Below are positions 46,625-57,094 of a stretch of 64,000 bases of DNA, in pieces. The notes under the pieces are model-generated. The model ran no database searches. It saw nothing but the letters and a program-made list of their open reading frames with translations, and was not told where the DNA came from. Position 1 is the stretch's first letter. Each line of letters opens with the position of its first letter. The stretch spans positions 1-64,000 of the IMG/VR virus record IMGVR_UViG_2934748790_000001, one strand, 5' to 3'. The stretch comes from a virus. Its lineage: Duplodnaviria; Caudoviricetes. A program made the position numbers and the translations under genes.

Positions 46625-48338
46625 ATGTCCGTTGCTTTTGTCTCACCGTCCATGCGCGCAGCCGCCAGCGACCTGACCATCTCTGTCAGTCCGCTCGGAT
46701 TGGTCGAGTTGGCGGACGAGTTAAGAGGAATTTGAGGTACATGGCCCGCGTCTTACCCGGTACGCGAATCACTGGGCCTGGTATCTGGGGCATCACTGGG
46801 GGTACAAACGGGAGGCCGGCGAACCGAGCCTCACCATCAATTACGTCGGCGCCTTGAGCCGGTACATCACGAATTTCACATTCGGTCGTGGCGTGCACTT
46901 CCAGTCTGACAAGAAGTACGAGCACGTGGTGCCCGCGCTGCTGGAACGCGCCTGGGCGATCGACAACGACCGGAAGACCGTCCTGTGGCAGATGGGCGAA
47001 AACGGTTCAGTCAGTGGCGACTGTTTCGTGAAGGTCGCGTATGAACCGGCGTGGGCCGATGCTGCGGGAAACGCACACCCCGGTCGTGTTCGCATTCTTC
47101 CGCTCAACGGGGCGCAGTGCTTCCCCGAGTATCACCCCCACGATCGTGACCGCCTTCTCAGAATGAAGATCAAATACAAGTTCTGGGGCACTTCTCTCGA
47201 AGGCACTCGCGCGGTGTACACGTACACCGAGATCATCACGGACCACACCATCGAGGAGTACGTCAACGACGAGCTGCTCGACGCCCGGGAGAACCCACTC
47301 GGCACGATCCCCATCGTCCACATCCGGAACATCGCCGTATCCGGCTCCCCCTGGGGCCTCGCCGACATCGTTGACGTCATCCCCCTCAACCGGGAGTACA
47401 ACGAAAAGGCGACAGAAGTCTCGGACATCATCAACTACCACTCGGCCCCGGTCACCATCATCACCGGCGCCAAGGCCAGCAACCTGGAAAAGGGGCCGCG
47501 AAAAATCTGGGGCGGCCTTCCGAAGGACGCGCAGGTTTTCAACCTGGAGAACGGCGTCGACCTGAGCGGGCCGCTGGCCTACATGGACCTGATCAAGCGG
47601 TCCATGCACGAACTGACCGGCGTACCGGAGACAGCCCTCGGGCAAGCCCAGGCGATCTCCAACACCAGCGGGGTCGCGCTCAGCATTCAGTTCCTCCCCC
47701 TTATGCAGCGGTACGCGCTCAAGCAGACGAACTACACCCTCGGCCTCAAGCAGATCAACGAACTGGTCCTCCGGACCCTGTTCTTGTACGAGCCCGACAC
47801 CCTCGTCTACAACCCCGACACTCAGGGAATCCGCACTGCGGACGCCCAGCCCTTGATCATCGACCCCCGTGACCCCCAGGTCTACGACACGAAATGCGAG
47901 TGGCCGCCCCCCCTTCCGGTCGACGTTCTGGTGAAACTCAACGAGGTGCAGGCGAAGCTGGCTCTCGGGTTGGAGTCCAAGCGGGGAGCCCTGCGCGACC
48001 TCGGCGAGACCTTCGTCGACGAGAAGATGCAGGAAATCTTCGACGAGCAGCTCCGGGAATCCCGTGAGGAAGGTGCGCTCGAACTTATTAAGGCTCAAAT
48101 AGCTAGCGCTATCTTGCGTTCAACGGGATTGCCGCCCACGGGCGTGGAAAGCCCGCCCCCTGCTCCGGCAAGCGGCTCCTCTACCTCGGCAGCCAAATCC
48201 GGGGCGACAAGTGCCGGCCCCTTGCCGGGACTCCCCGGAACGGGCAGTGGCAAGGACATCGAATCGGTTCTCAGTGAACTCGTGACGCTCTCCAAGGGCA
48301 CAAAGCTCGCCCAGCGGAGAAACCCGGAAAACGACTAG
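46625..48338 (+). CDS. Portal protein, split by a 7-nt coding gap at 46721-46727 (probable UUA-linked bypass)
   Basis: AAAGGAGG RBS at 46625; portal motifs (G.IPIVHI.N, G.ADI, SG.AL) in the +1 frame; position after terL. Confidence 0.85.
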
Positions 48339-48350
48339 ACCGCCCGCCTT

Positions 48351-48373
48351 TCATTCCTACTCATTCCGGCGGC
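48351..48373 (+). repeat. 23-bp direct repeat TCATTCCTACTCATTCCGGCGGC, copy 1
   Basis: Identical copy at 49240-49262. Confidence 0.9.
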
Positions 48374-48394
48374 TACCCAGCCTGGAGTGTAGAA

Positions 48395-49216
48395 GTGCCC
48401 GAAAACCCGAACCCCGCTGATTCCCCGGCCCCGCCGGCATCCCACCCTGGCAGCGGCGCCCCCACGAATCCGGACGGCACCATCACCGTCCGCCCCGCCG
48501 CTCAGCCGGCAGCACCCGCCGCCGAAGGTCGCAGCTTCACGCAGGCCGATGTGGAGCGTGCGCGCCAGGAGGAGAAGGACAAGCTGTACAGCCGTCTCCA
48601 GAAGGGCGACGAGAGGCTCCAGGGCCTCGAAGCCGAACTCGCCCGACTCCGTGAGGAGCGGGAGGCTCGCGAGAAGGCCGAGGCGGAGCGCCAGGCCGCC
48701 GAGGAGAAGGCCGCCAAGGAACAGGCGGAGGCGGACATGTCCGCCCGGAAGTTGGTCGACGAGCGCTCCACCGAGTGGGAGCGGCGGTTCGAGGAGCTAC
48801 AGCAGGAGCGGGAGCAGGAGCGGGCGACTCTCGCGAAGGAAGCTGAATTCAATCGGCTGCGTGCGTACATTCAGGAGCGAATCAATGCAGAGAGCAGCAG
48901 CATTGCTCCCGAGCTGCGTGACCTCGTGGCGGGTAACACCCCGGAAGAGGTGGACCAGTCCATCGAGATGCTGAAGGCCAAGACGGACGCCATTTTCACC
49001 TCGTTGCAGTCCGCACAGCAGGCAGCGCGGTCGCAGATGCGTGGAGTGGCGTCGACCGGTTACACCGGAAACGGCCCCACGGACGGTGACGCGGGCAACC
49101 GCCAGCTTTCCGTCGAAGACATCAAGAACATGCCGATGAGCGAGTTCGCGAAGTACCGCAACCAGCTCCTCGGGGCGGCAGCCAACAACACCAGCCAGCG
49201 CGGACTCTTCGACTAG
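48395..49216 (+). CDS. Capsid scaffolding protein
   Basis: Charged coiled coil, FTQADVE motif, precedes capsid gene. Confidence 0.85.
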   Translation: MPENPNPADSPAPPASHPGSGAPTNPDGTITVRPAAQPAAPAAEGRSFTQADVERARQEEKDKLYSRLQKGDERLQGLEAELARLREEREAREKAEAERQAAEEKAAKEQAEADMSARKLVDERSTEWERRFEELQQEREQERATLAKEAEFNRLRAYIQERINAESSSIAPELRDLVAGNTPEEVDQSIEMLKAKTDAIFTSLQSAQQAARSQMRGVASTGYTGNGPTDGDAGNRQLSVEDIKNMPMSEFAKYRNQLLGAAANNTSQRGLFD

Positions 49217-49239
49217 TCCGGCGCCTGCCCATCCGCCTC

Positions 49240-49262
49240 TCATTCCTACTCATTCCGGCGGC
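49240..49262 (+). repeat. 23-bp direct repeat, copy 2
   Basis: Identical to 48351-48373. Confidence 0.9.
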
Positions 49263-49286
49263 CCCTTCACGGAATGAGAGGTTCCC

Positions 49287-50429
49287 GTGGCAAGCGGAAT
49301 CACCGGGACTCCGGTCCTGTCCCCCACACCGACCGCCTATACGGCGGCCAACTCCACGATGCTCACCCCGGCCATCCAGACCATCTGGTCGAAGGAAATT
49401 CTTTTCCAGGCGATGCCCGTGCTCAGGTTCGAGCAATTCATGGTCAAGAAGACCGAGCTGGGTACCGCTCCCGGTCTGACTGTGAATTTCATGCGGTACC
49501 GGAGTCTCGACGGAGCCCAGCAGCTCGTCGAGGGCGTCCGCATGGAGACCCACGCACTCTCGGCCGAGCAGATCACCATCACTGTGGCGGAGCACGGTTT
49601 CGCCATCGCCGTCACGGAACTCCTGCTCAACGCGTCTTTCGATGACGTTATGGCAAGCGGTGCCCGGCTTCTCGGCCGAAACATGGCGACCTATCTGGAC
49701 GCGCTCTGCCGGGACACCCTCCTTGGCGCTCCGTCGGTCCTTTACGGATACGACAAGCTGGCCTCCTGGTCGGCGGGTGCCGCGCGTACTCCGCTTTCGC
49801 CGTACGACCGGGGCATGTTCGCCGACTCCGAGGCGACCATGGCCGCGAACGGGGGCTTCTACTTCACGTCTGCCCTGGTGAAGGACGCGGTCGAGACCCT
49901 CGCGACGAAGAACGTGCCTCGCCTCGGCGAGACGTATGTCGCTTTTGTCCACCCGCATCAGAGCCGTCGGCTTCGCGACGATCCGGAATTCATCGAGGTG
50001 ACGAAGTATGCCGCCCCGGGGAACTTCATGCTCGGGGAAATCGGCAGGCTGAATGACGTGGTATTCATCGAGACCACGCAGGTCTTCCAGGGCAACACGA
50101 CTCAGCCGCCCACCCGGCAGATCGGGACCAACATTCCCACCAACACTGCCCAGAAGTGGGGCGGCCAGCCCTCCCGCAGCGCCTCGGGAGCAACGCCGGC
50201 GATCCCGGCCGTCACGTCGACTCCGTCCAACCCGAATGCGCCGACGAACCCGATCTACCGCGCGCTGGTAATCGGTGACAATGCCGCCGGTCACGCCATC
50301 TCCCTGCCCGTCGAACTGAGGGACGGGGGCGTGCTCGACTTCGGAAGGGAGCACGCCTTGGCCTGGTATTCGGTGTTCGGTCTCGGGCTCATCACGGATT
50401 ATGCCGTGGTGCAGTGCGCAACGAACTGA
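49287..50429 (+). CDS. Major capsid protein (N4 gp56-like, HK97 fold)
   Basis: LxEG..M, EHG, FVHP, GEIG....FIET, DFGR motifs. Confidence 0.9.
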   Translation: MASGITGTPVLSPTPTAYTAANSTMLTPAIQTIWSKEILFQAMPVLRFEQFMVKKTELGTAPGLTVNFMRYRSLDGAQQLVEGVRMETHALSAEQITITVAEHGFAIAVTELLLNASFDDVMASGARLLGRNMATYLDALCRDTLLGAPSVLYGYDKLASWSAGAARTPLSPYDRGMFADSEATMAANGGFYFTSALVKDAVETLATKNVPRLGETYVAFVHPHQSRRLRDDPEFIEVTKYAAPGNFMLGEIGRLNDVVFIETTQVFQGNTTQPPTRQIGTNIPTNTAQKWGGQPSRSASGATPAIPAVTSTPSNPNAPTNPIYRALVIGDNAAGHAISLPVELRDGGVLDFGREHALAWYSVFGLGLITDYAVVQCATN

Positions 50430-50529
50430 CCGGCTCACCCAGCGGGGCCTAGGGCCCCTTATTCCGGGGCGGTGGTAACCGACTCTCGCCGCCCCGGAAC
50501 TCCTCACCCGATTCGATAGGAGACCACCC

Positions 50530-50916
50530 GTGCCTGCGAACCCGCGCACCAAGCCGAACCCCAAGGATTTCACCGGTAACAAGAAGCGTCAGCTCGCCGA
50601 GGAGCACGCCGAGGAACTCACTCGACGCAAGGGCGAGCTGGCTATGCACCACGCCGAGCAGGCTGCGAATCTCGACAAGCCCATCGAGCTTGACGAGAAG
50701 GGCCGCACGCTCGAATCCGTGGGCGAGGAAGCCACGCCGGACGGGCCGGTCGAGCTTCCCCCCGAGACGGTGGATATCCGCATTGCGTGCGACCTGGAGA
50801 AGGTGACGATCGGCCAGGGTACGGAATTCGATTTCAAGGAGGGACAGGTCTACACCGTCCCCCTCAACGTCGCTCTGCACCTGGACCGGCTCGGATACGT
50901 CTGGCAGTGGCTCTGA
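50530..50916 (+). CDS. Phage head-associated hypothetical protein
   Basis: AGGAG RBS, operon context. Confidence 0.7.
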   Translation: MPANPRTKPNPKDFTGNKKRQLAEEHAEELTRRKGELAMHHAEQAANLDKPIELDEKGRTLESVGEEATPDGPVELPPETVDIRIACDLEKVTIGQGTEFDFKEGQVYTVPLNVALHLDRLGYVWQWL

Positions 50917-50935
50917 CCGGAGGGAACGGCGCGTA

Positions 50936-51316
50936 ATGGCTGCGATCAAGCCTCTCAAGTCGACCGGAGCAACACCCTCGAAGGGGAAGTGGTACACGCT
51001 GCTCACCGATTTCGGTGAGGGCGTCGGCATGCTCGCCCGGAAGCGCCGCTACCGGGCCGGCGATCAGCAGACGGCCGAAGAAGAGGACCGACAGCTCCTG
51101 GTGCTGGACATCCTGGAGCCGGCCACGTACGGCGTCGGCTACAGCTCGGAGAAGACCGTGCTGTGCATGTGGCTCGAAGCGAGCGCGCCGGGCCGCCTCT
51201 CCCAGCACCACATCAGCTTCCCCCTCACTCAGTTCATCGAGCTGGTCGGCCAGGGCAAGGAGCCGCCCGAGTGGGCGGACTGGCAGGCACAGCAGAGTCC
51301 CGTCGGTGATGCCTGA
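50936..51316 (+). CDS. Phage hypothetical protein
   Basis: Operon context. Confidence 0.7.
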   Translation: MAAIKPLKSTGATPSKGKWYTLLTDFGEGVGMLARKRRYRAGDQQTAEEEDRQLLVLDILEPATYGVGYSSEKTVLCMWLEASAPGRLSQHHISFPLTQFIELVGQGKEPPEWADWQAQQSPVGDA

Positions 51317-51801
51317 TGCCCGGGTTCATCGCGGTACAGGGGGCCGTGTCGGCGCTGGACTACCTCACCGGCCGCTCCACGGGACTGGAGGCCGAATGGC
51401 AGGCCAAGATCGCCGGGGGGAATCCGCAGCCGAAGACGACGTACCTGATGCTGCTGACCCAGACCGTCACCGACGCCCAGACCGACATGGCGACGCTGCT
51501 GGGCATCGAGGCCGCCGGGACCGGCTACGCCCGCCAGCCGGTCCCATGGGGCGCGGCCTCCACGGACACCCGGCGGTCCGCCAACGTCGACCTCGTCCAG
51601 TTCGGGCCCTTCAGCGACCCCACCGGTCTCGCGGCGCCCGTGGCCGGCGCGGCGCTGGTGACGCGCATGACGTCCTCGGCCGGCCAGCCCACCGGCCTGT
51701 GCCTGATGGCCTGGAACTTGGACTCGGCCATCACGACCCAGCAGAACCAGGCGCTCCAGCTCGCGGTCGGCGCGCTGTCGATGACGCTGGCGGTGACCTG
51801 A
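51316..51801 (+). CDS. Virion structural protein
   Basis: GYARQ.V.W..N...F motif typical of minor virion proteins. Confidence 0.7.
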   Translation: MPGFIAVQGAVSALDYLTGRSTGLEAEWQAKIAGGNPQPKTTYLMLLTQTVTDAQTDMATLLGIEAAGTGYARQPVPWGAASTDTRRSANVDLVQFGPFSDPTGLAAPVAGAALVTRMTSSAGQPTGLCLMAWNLDSAITTQQNQALQLAVGALSMTLAVT

Positions 51802-51802
51802 G

Positions 51803-52633
51803 ATGGCGACGCTCGCGGGCGTTCTCCGGCGCGTGCGTTCGGAGATCGGTGACCTTCCGGCCCCCTTCGTCGACACCTTCATCGGTGGCGATGAGCTTTC
51901 GAGCTACGACCTGTCCGAGGTCAACGTCACCAGCGTGGTGGCAAAGGTGGTCACTACCGAACCCGCGAGCTCCATCGAGCTGGAGCCCGACGCCGACTAC
52001 GTCCTCAATCCGGCCGAGGGCTCGATTCTGCTGATCAACACGGACTACTCGCCCCTGCGGCATGGCCAGACGCTGATCGTGCGGGGCAGGTCGGAGGGCA
52101 TGTTCGCCGACGCGGAGCTGGAGACTTACGTCAGCGACGCGATGACCCAGCAGACGTACGGCCGCACGATCAAGACCCGATACCGCGACGGCCACGGCCA
52201 TATCCGGTACGACCTGGAACCCATCGGCCTGGAGAACCTGCCGGCGGTGGAGGAACCCCTGGTCGCCTACCTGGCCACGATCAACGCGCTGTGGACGCTC
52301 GCGACGGACGCAGCCACGGACATCGACGTGAATACAGCGGAGGGGACCTTCGTTCCGCGCAGCCAGCGCTACCGGCAGCTCATGGAACACCTCGCCGAAC
52401 TTCAAGCCAGGTACAACGCGCTGGCGCAGCAGCTCAACGTCGGCCTCGCGCGTATCGAGCAGTTCCAACTCCGTCGGGTCTCGCGGTCCACCAACCGCCT
52501 CGTCCCGATTTTCCAGCCGCGTGAGTACGACGACACCGGGAAGCCCGAGCGGCTGCTGCCTCCGATCGATGGCGATGCCTATGACGACGAGTCGGGCGTG
52601 ACCTCGCCGCTCTACCCGGGCACGTGGGGGTGA
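51803..52633 (+). CDS. Head-tail adaptor / neck protein
   Basis: RVRSEIGD..F.DAEL pattern; position. Confidence 0.65.
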   Translation: MATLAGVLRRVRSEIGDLPAPFVDTFIGGDELSSYDLSEVNVTSVVAKVVTTEPASSIELEPDADYVLNPAEGSILLINTDYSPLRHGQTLIVRGRSEGMFADAELETYVSDAMTQQTYGRTIKTRYRDGHGHIRYDLEPIGLENLPAVEEPLVAYLATINALWTLATDAATDIDVNTAEGTFVPRSQRYRQLMEHLAELQARYNALAQQLNVGLARIEQFQLRRVSRSTNRLVPIFQPREYDDTGKPERLLPPIDGDAYDDESGVTSPLYPGTWG

Positions 52634-52639
52634 TTCACG

Positions 52640-53245
52640 GTGTGGTCGCGGCTGGACTGGAAGCGGGGTCGTTTTGGTGTGAATACCGAGACGACTCTGA
52701 TTCACCGTGCTTTGCGCGGCTGGCAGAACCGGACCGGTGACAGTGTCACCTACTGGCGCTTCCGGCGCGATGAGTCGGACATGCACGACGTCTACGACGA
52801 AGCCACAGGCGTCGGCCGGGTGTTCTACGGGAAGTGGCAGATCCCCGCGCTGCACGTCACTCACGTGGAGTCCGCGAACGAAATCCCCGGTGACGCGGGT
52901 CTGTACATCACCGACACTCTGCGGGTCGTCCTCGAATTCGATCAGCTCACGAAATTCGGCCTCACCGAGATGGACGTCAAGCACGGCTCGTTCCAGCGCG
53001 ACCGGATCGCCTACGACAACGCCCTCTACGCGGTGCAACGCGTGATCGTCCTCGGCCAGATCCGCCGACGGGACGTGGTCGTCGTGATCGAGGCGCAGCA
53101 GATCAAATCCGACGAGCTGGTCAACGACCCGGTATTCGCGGATTACCTCGTCGACCCCTCGCAGCACCCCGTACCTGCCGAGCTGATGGCCCGGACGGTG
53201 ATCCACCCCCCGGAGGAAGGCGCAGGCGATGACCCTGACTTCTGA
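52640..53245 (+). CDS. Putative head-closure protein
   Basis: Position; D.VYDE..G and DRI.Y motifs. Confidence 0.55.
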   Translation: MWSRLDWKRGRFGVNTETTLIHRALRGWQNRTGDSVTYWRFRRDESDMHDVYDEATGVGRVFYGKWQIPALHVTHVESANEIPGDAGLYITDTLRVVLEFDQLTKFGLTEMDVKHGSFQRDRIAYDNALYAVQRVIVLGQIRRRDVVVVIEAQQIKSDELVNDPVFADYLVDPSQHPVPAELMARTVIHPPEEGAGDDPDF

Positions 53246-53900
53246 CCTGTCCGCTTCCGAGATGCCCGCCGGGATTCCTTCGACCAGGCTGACCGGCCGC
53301 TACATAGCCCCCAACGGCACCCCGTTGGTCGGGAGCGTGTCCTTTGCCCCGCCGTCGGTTCTGACGCTGCCGGGGTCAGACGTCATCGCTGCCACGCCCG
53401 CGCAGGTGACCCTCGACGCGCAGGGCTCATTCGAGGTGACGCTGATCGCCACGGACGCGCCGGGCATGTCCCCCTCCCACTGGGCCTATCAGGTCACGGA
53501 GAAGCTCAAGGGGTTGCCCCGGCGCGTCTTCCACATCGCGCTGCCGGCGTCGGCGACGACGGTCGACCTGGCGGACATCGCACCCATCAACCCGTACACA
53601 GGCAACTACCTGCCCGTCACCGGCCCGCGTGGCGCCAAAGGCGAGAAGGGCGAGCCCGGTGACGTCAGCCTCGCGCAGCTCCATGCGCTGGAGGCCCGGA
53701 CCGCCCCCCGTCCCCAGGAGTGGACCCAGTCGGCCGGCAGCAACGAGTGGACCATCACCCACTCGCTGCCATACCGGCCCCTGGTGACGGTCTACGACAC
53801 CTCCGGCCGTGAGATCGGCGGCTCGGTCGACTACCCAAACCCCACCACCGTCCGGGTGCGCTTCGCCGTGGCGGAGACCGGCTCGGCCGTACTTCACTAG
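53229..53900 (+). CDS. Virion accessory protein with short collagen-like stretch
   Basis: GPRGAKGEKGEPG; W.ITH.L...P.V.V domain. Confidence 0.7.
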   Translation: MTLTSDLSASEMPAGIPSTRLTGRYIAPNGTPLVGSVSFAPPSVLTLPGSDVIAATPAQVTLDAQGSFEVTLIATDAPGMSPSHWAYQVTEKLKGLPRRVFHIALPASATTVDLADIAPINPYTGNYLPVTGPRGAKGEKGEPGDVSLAQLHALEARTAPRPQEWTQSAGSNEWTITHSLPYRPLVTVYDTSGREIGGSVDYPNPTTVRVRFAVAETGSAVLH

Positions 53901-53909
53901 GAGCGCCCG

Positions 53910-55019
53910 ATGGCTGTGACGGACTTCCGCTTTCCGGTCAAGCTGAACAAATTGCCTGTCCAGGGCCTGGTGCCCGAGTCCTCAAGTTCCGCACCTTCGT
54001 CCCCCGTTGAGGGACAGCTTTGGACTGACACCGTCAGCCACACGCTCAAGGTCTGGACCGGCAGTGTGTGGAAGGACGTGCTGGCCCGAGGGGACCAGAC
54101 CGGCACCCAGAACGCGAATACCATCAGTGACCTCGCGACGGTCGTGAAGGGGTACCGGCTCGACGAATTCGCGACCCCGAGTGCGCCGGTGAACTTCGCC
54201 GGACAGAGGGCAACGAACGGGGCCGACCCGACCGCCGCGACGGATCTGGCCACGAAGCAGTACGTGGACAATGCCCGCGCGGGCATCGCCGTCAAGGACC
54301 CGGTGCGCGTGATCGCGAGCGCCGCCATCGACCTCTCGACGCTTCCGGCGGCGATCGACGGCATCACCATGGCCGCCGGCAACTCATTCCTGGCAGTGGC
54401 GCAGACCACCGCTACCCAGAACGGGATCTACGTCTACACCGGCGCCGGGCAGGCGGCCACCCGCCGGTCGGACGCGGACACCGCCGGCGAAGTCCTCGAC
54501 GGGACACTGGTGGCAGTGGCCGAAGGCACCAGGGCCGGTACCCAGTACATGCAGACGGCCACCCCCTCCGGGGCGCCCGGGTCCTGGACGCAGGTCTGGA
54601 CGCAGTTCAGCAGCGGAGGGCAGACGTACACCGCAGACGGTCTCGGCATCGAGCTGTCCGGCACCACCATCAGTCTGGAGCTGGCAGACGCCACCCTCAC
54701 GAAGTCGGGCTCGGGCCTGACGGTCGGGCTGGTCACCGTCGCCAAGGGCGGCACCGGCGCGACCTCCGTGGCGGGCGCCCGCGCAGCTCTGGGGGCAGTC
54801 GGCAAGTACACCGCGAACGTCGGAGCGCTCACGGGCGGGGTGCCGCTGACCATCACCCACAACCTCAACAGCGTCGACATCCTGGAACCGTCGCTGCGAG
54901 AGATCAGCAGCGGCGAGCTGGTCGGCGCGAAGTGGGTCGTGGTGGATGCGAATTCGGTGAGCCTCACCACGGCTACGAGCTACGCCGCCGACAGTTTCCG
55001 CGTGACGGTGGTGGGCTGA
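53910..55019 (+). CDS. Head-decoration / fibre-like virion protein
   Basis: DLATKQYVD, Q....QNGIY, GGTGA repeats. Confidence 0.75.
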   Translation: MAVTDFRFPVKLNKLPVQGLVPESSSSAPSSPVEGQLWTDTVSHTLKVWTGSVWKDVLARGDQTGTQNANTISDLATVVKGYRLDEFATPSAPVNFAGQRATNGADPTAATDLATKQYVDNARAGIAVKDPVRVIASAAIDLSTLPAAIDGITMAAGNSFLAVAQTTATQNGIYVYTGAGQAATRRSDADTAGEVLDGTLVAVAEGTRAGTQYMQTATPSGAPGSWTQVWTQFSSGGQTYTADGLGIELSGTTISLELADATLTKSGSGLTVGLVTVAKGGTGATSVAGARAALGAVGKYTANVGALTGGVPLTITHNLNSVDILEPSLREISSGELVGAKWVVVDANSVSLTTATSYAADSFRVTVVG

Positions 55020-55231
55020 TGGCCGGTCGGCAGCTCGCACCGCAGACAGTGCCTGTGAGCGCATCGAGCAACGTGGTCACTTCCAGTGCCGTCGGCGCTG
55101 CCAACGGTGTTGCGGGGCTGGGTGCGGACGCCAAGGTGGTGCAGGCGCAGCTTCCCACCCCGAAGATCACCGTCGGGATCACAGCTCCCGCGAGCCCCGC
55201 TCTCGGGGACGTCTGGATCGATACGAACTGA
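55019..55231 (+). CDS. Small fibre-associated protein
   Basis: GVAGL..DAKV..AQLP; GDVWIDT. Confidence 0.65.
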   Translation: MAGRQLAPQTVPVSASSNVVTSSAVGAANGVAGLGADAKVVQAQLPTPKITVGITAPASPALGDVWIDTN

Positions 55232-56520
55232 TGGCGACCCGCTTCTGGCTGACATCATCGGCGGCCCCGTACACCCCTGCCGCAGCGCGCGGCACCTGGA
55301 CCGACGCTACGTCGAGTACGGCTGCGCTGCTGGGACGGCAGCCCGCAGGAACTGCGTCGAGCGTGAGCGTGGCTGAGACCTCGGCCGTGACCACCAACGT
55401 GCTCCTGGGCAGGTGGATTAGCCCACCGGCGCGCAAGGCCGGCACGTTGTCGGGGACCGTAGCCTGGATCTACGGCAGGGCCCAGTCGTCATCGTCTTCG
55501 GCCATGGTGGTCCGTGCCCACATATACGTCACGGTCGGCAGCACCGACGCTGTGCGCGGCGTCCTGCTGAACAACTACACGGGAGGTACCACTTTCCCGG
55601 TCACTGCGGCAGGAGGGGGAACGGCCGGTATCCCGCTGTCCGGCTCCGTCGACCTCCAGGTGGGCGATCGGCTCGTATGTGAGTTCGGGTATCAGTCCCA
55701 GAACGCGAGCACCACCACCGAGTCGGCCATCCTGCACTACGGCGGTACGGGGAGCACCGACCTGGTTACTGGGAACACGGCCGTAACGACGAATCCGGGG
55801 TGGATCGAGTTCTCGGGCGCGGATGCGCTGTTCACGACGCCCACGAGCGAGATCGCCGATAAGTTCACCACGGGCATCGGTTCCAGATTCGTGTACTACT
55901 CGGGCACTTTCTGGAATGCCGCCTGGAAACGTGTTGCCGTTCCGGCGACCAGTTCCTACCCGGGTCTCATGTCCACAGATACGGGTTACGAAATCACCGG
56001 GTCCGCGCATTTTGCGGAGATCGTCAAGATGCCGGCGGGTGGGGCCAACACGACGTTCTCAGCGATGGTTCTTGGCCCAGCCGATAACGGCACCTACATG
56101 GCCATCAGGTACGCGGTATCTACGGGCCTGCTTTCCTTCGTGAACGCCGTTTCCTACTCCGACGCAACCCCGACGACCGTGGCTTACAGTCCTGCTGCTC
56201 ACCGTTGGCTCCGGTTTCGTGAAACCGCCGGAACCTTCTACTGGGAGACCAGCCCCGACGCTGCTACGTGGACGGTTCGCCGGAGCATGACCACTCCGCA
56301 GTGGCTGAAGTTCGGGACGCTGCGGATCAGCTTTCAGGGGTACGCGGACGCTGGCAGTACCGCGACTGTCGGGGAGGTCGACAACGTCAACAGCCCCCCC
56401 ACGACGGTGGTCAAGGTGTGGGACGGCGCCGCGTGGGTTCCGAAGCCGCTGAAGGTGTGGAATGGCGGCTCCTGGGTCACCCGGGTACCTAAGTCGTGGT
56501 CTGAAACTGCCTGGTTCTGA
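55231..56520 (+). CDS. Putative receptor- or carbohydrate-binding virion protein
   Basis: Beta-rich; WLRFRE..GT..WETS.D; KVWDG repeats. Confidence 0.7.
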   Translation: MATRFWLTSSAAPYTPAAARGTWTDATSSTAALLGRQPAGTASSVSVAETSAVTTNVLLGRWISPPARKAGTLSGTVAWIYGRAQSSSSSAMVVRAHIYVTVGSTDAVRGVLLNNYTGGTTFPVTAAGGGTAGIPLSGSVDLQVGDRLVCEFGYQSQNASTTTESAILHYGGTGSTDLVTGNTAVTTNPGWIEFSGADALFTTPTSEIADKFTTGIGSRFVYYSGTFWNAAWKRVAVPATSSYPGLMSTDTGYEITGSAHFAEIVKMPAGGANTTFSAMVLGPADNGTYMAIRYAVSTGLLSFVNAVSYSDATPTTVAYSPAAHRWLRFRETAGTFYWETSPDAATWTVRRSMTTPQWLKFGTLRISFQGYADAGSTATVGEVDNVNSPPTTVVKVWDGAAWVPKPLKVWNGGSWVTRVPKSWSETAWF

Positions 56521-56617
56521 CGCGTATCCGTTAGCACCGTGGATTACCTCGCGGATATCCCTGCGTGCGATTCTCTGCCGAGAACCGCCCTGGCCATATC
56601 TCACACAGGAGCAGTAC

Positions 56618-56893
56618 ATGCGATTTGTCACCGTCAGCACCGAGGACTTCGACAAGACGATCAAGTTCGGTCCGCTGGAGCTGGACGATCCGTCTGACCA
56701 CGTTCCGGCCGAGGGCACGCGTCTGATGCCCGAAGAGGAGGCTCTCGCGGCCGGTTACCGCTACGCCGAGGGCGGTGCCGCTTTCGCGCCGGAGGACGAG
56801 TCCCACGGCAATCGCGCGGCGCACGGGCAGGACGCGGACGAGGTCCACGAGAACCGCGACCATCGCGACCACCGCGCGCACGACGAGCAGTAG
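56618..56893 (+). CDS. Small acidic protein
   Basis: AGGAG RBS. Confidence 0.6.
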   Translation: MRFVTVSTEDFDKTIKFGPLELDDPSDHVPAEGTRLMPEEEALAAGYRYAEGGAAFAPEDESHGNRAAHGQDADEVHENRDHRDHRAHDEQ

Positions 56894-56933
56894 AACCCGG
56901 GGCAGTAGCCGCCTGTCAAGAACGGAGTCCGTC

Positions 56934-57014
56934 ATGACCATCGCGCAGATCGTCGGCCTGGTCCTCATTGTCCTCCTCGTGCTGGTCGTCCTGAAGATCA
57001 CCGGCATCTTCTGA
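56934..57014 (+). CDS. 26-aa single-TM peptide
   Basis: GGAG RBS; MTIAQIVGLVLIVLLVLVVLKITGIF. Confidence 0.55.
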   Translation: MTIAQIVGLVLIVLLVLVVLKITGIF

Positions 57015-57094
57015 CCGGCTTTCATTAACCTGCGCCAAATAGGCGCACGCATTCTGGTGGGGCGATCCACAACCGCCCATACCGGAGTGCCCCC

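Noticed and set aside
46625-48338. Portal as a simple pseudogene (defective prophage)
   Set aside because: The insert has matched GAG codons around a TTA and neighbouring structural genes look intact; bypass is the better explanation, although a transposon footprint cannot be fully excluded.
48351-49262. CRISPR array or att duplication suggested by the 23-bp repeat
   Set aside because: Only two copies, separated by an essential scaffold gene; no cas genes or regular spacers anywhere in the window.
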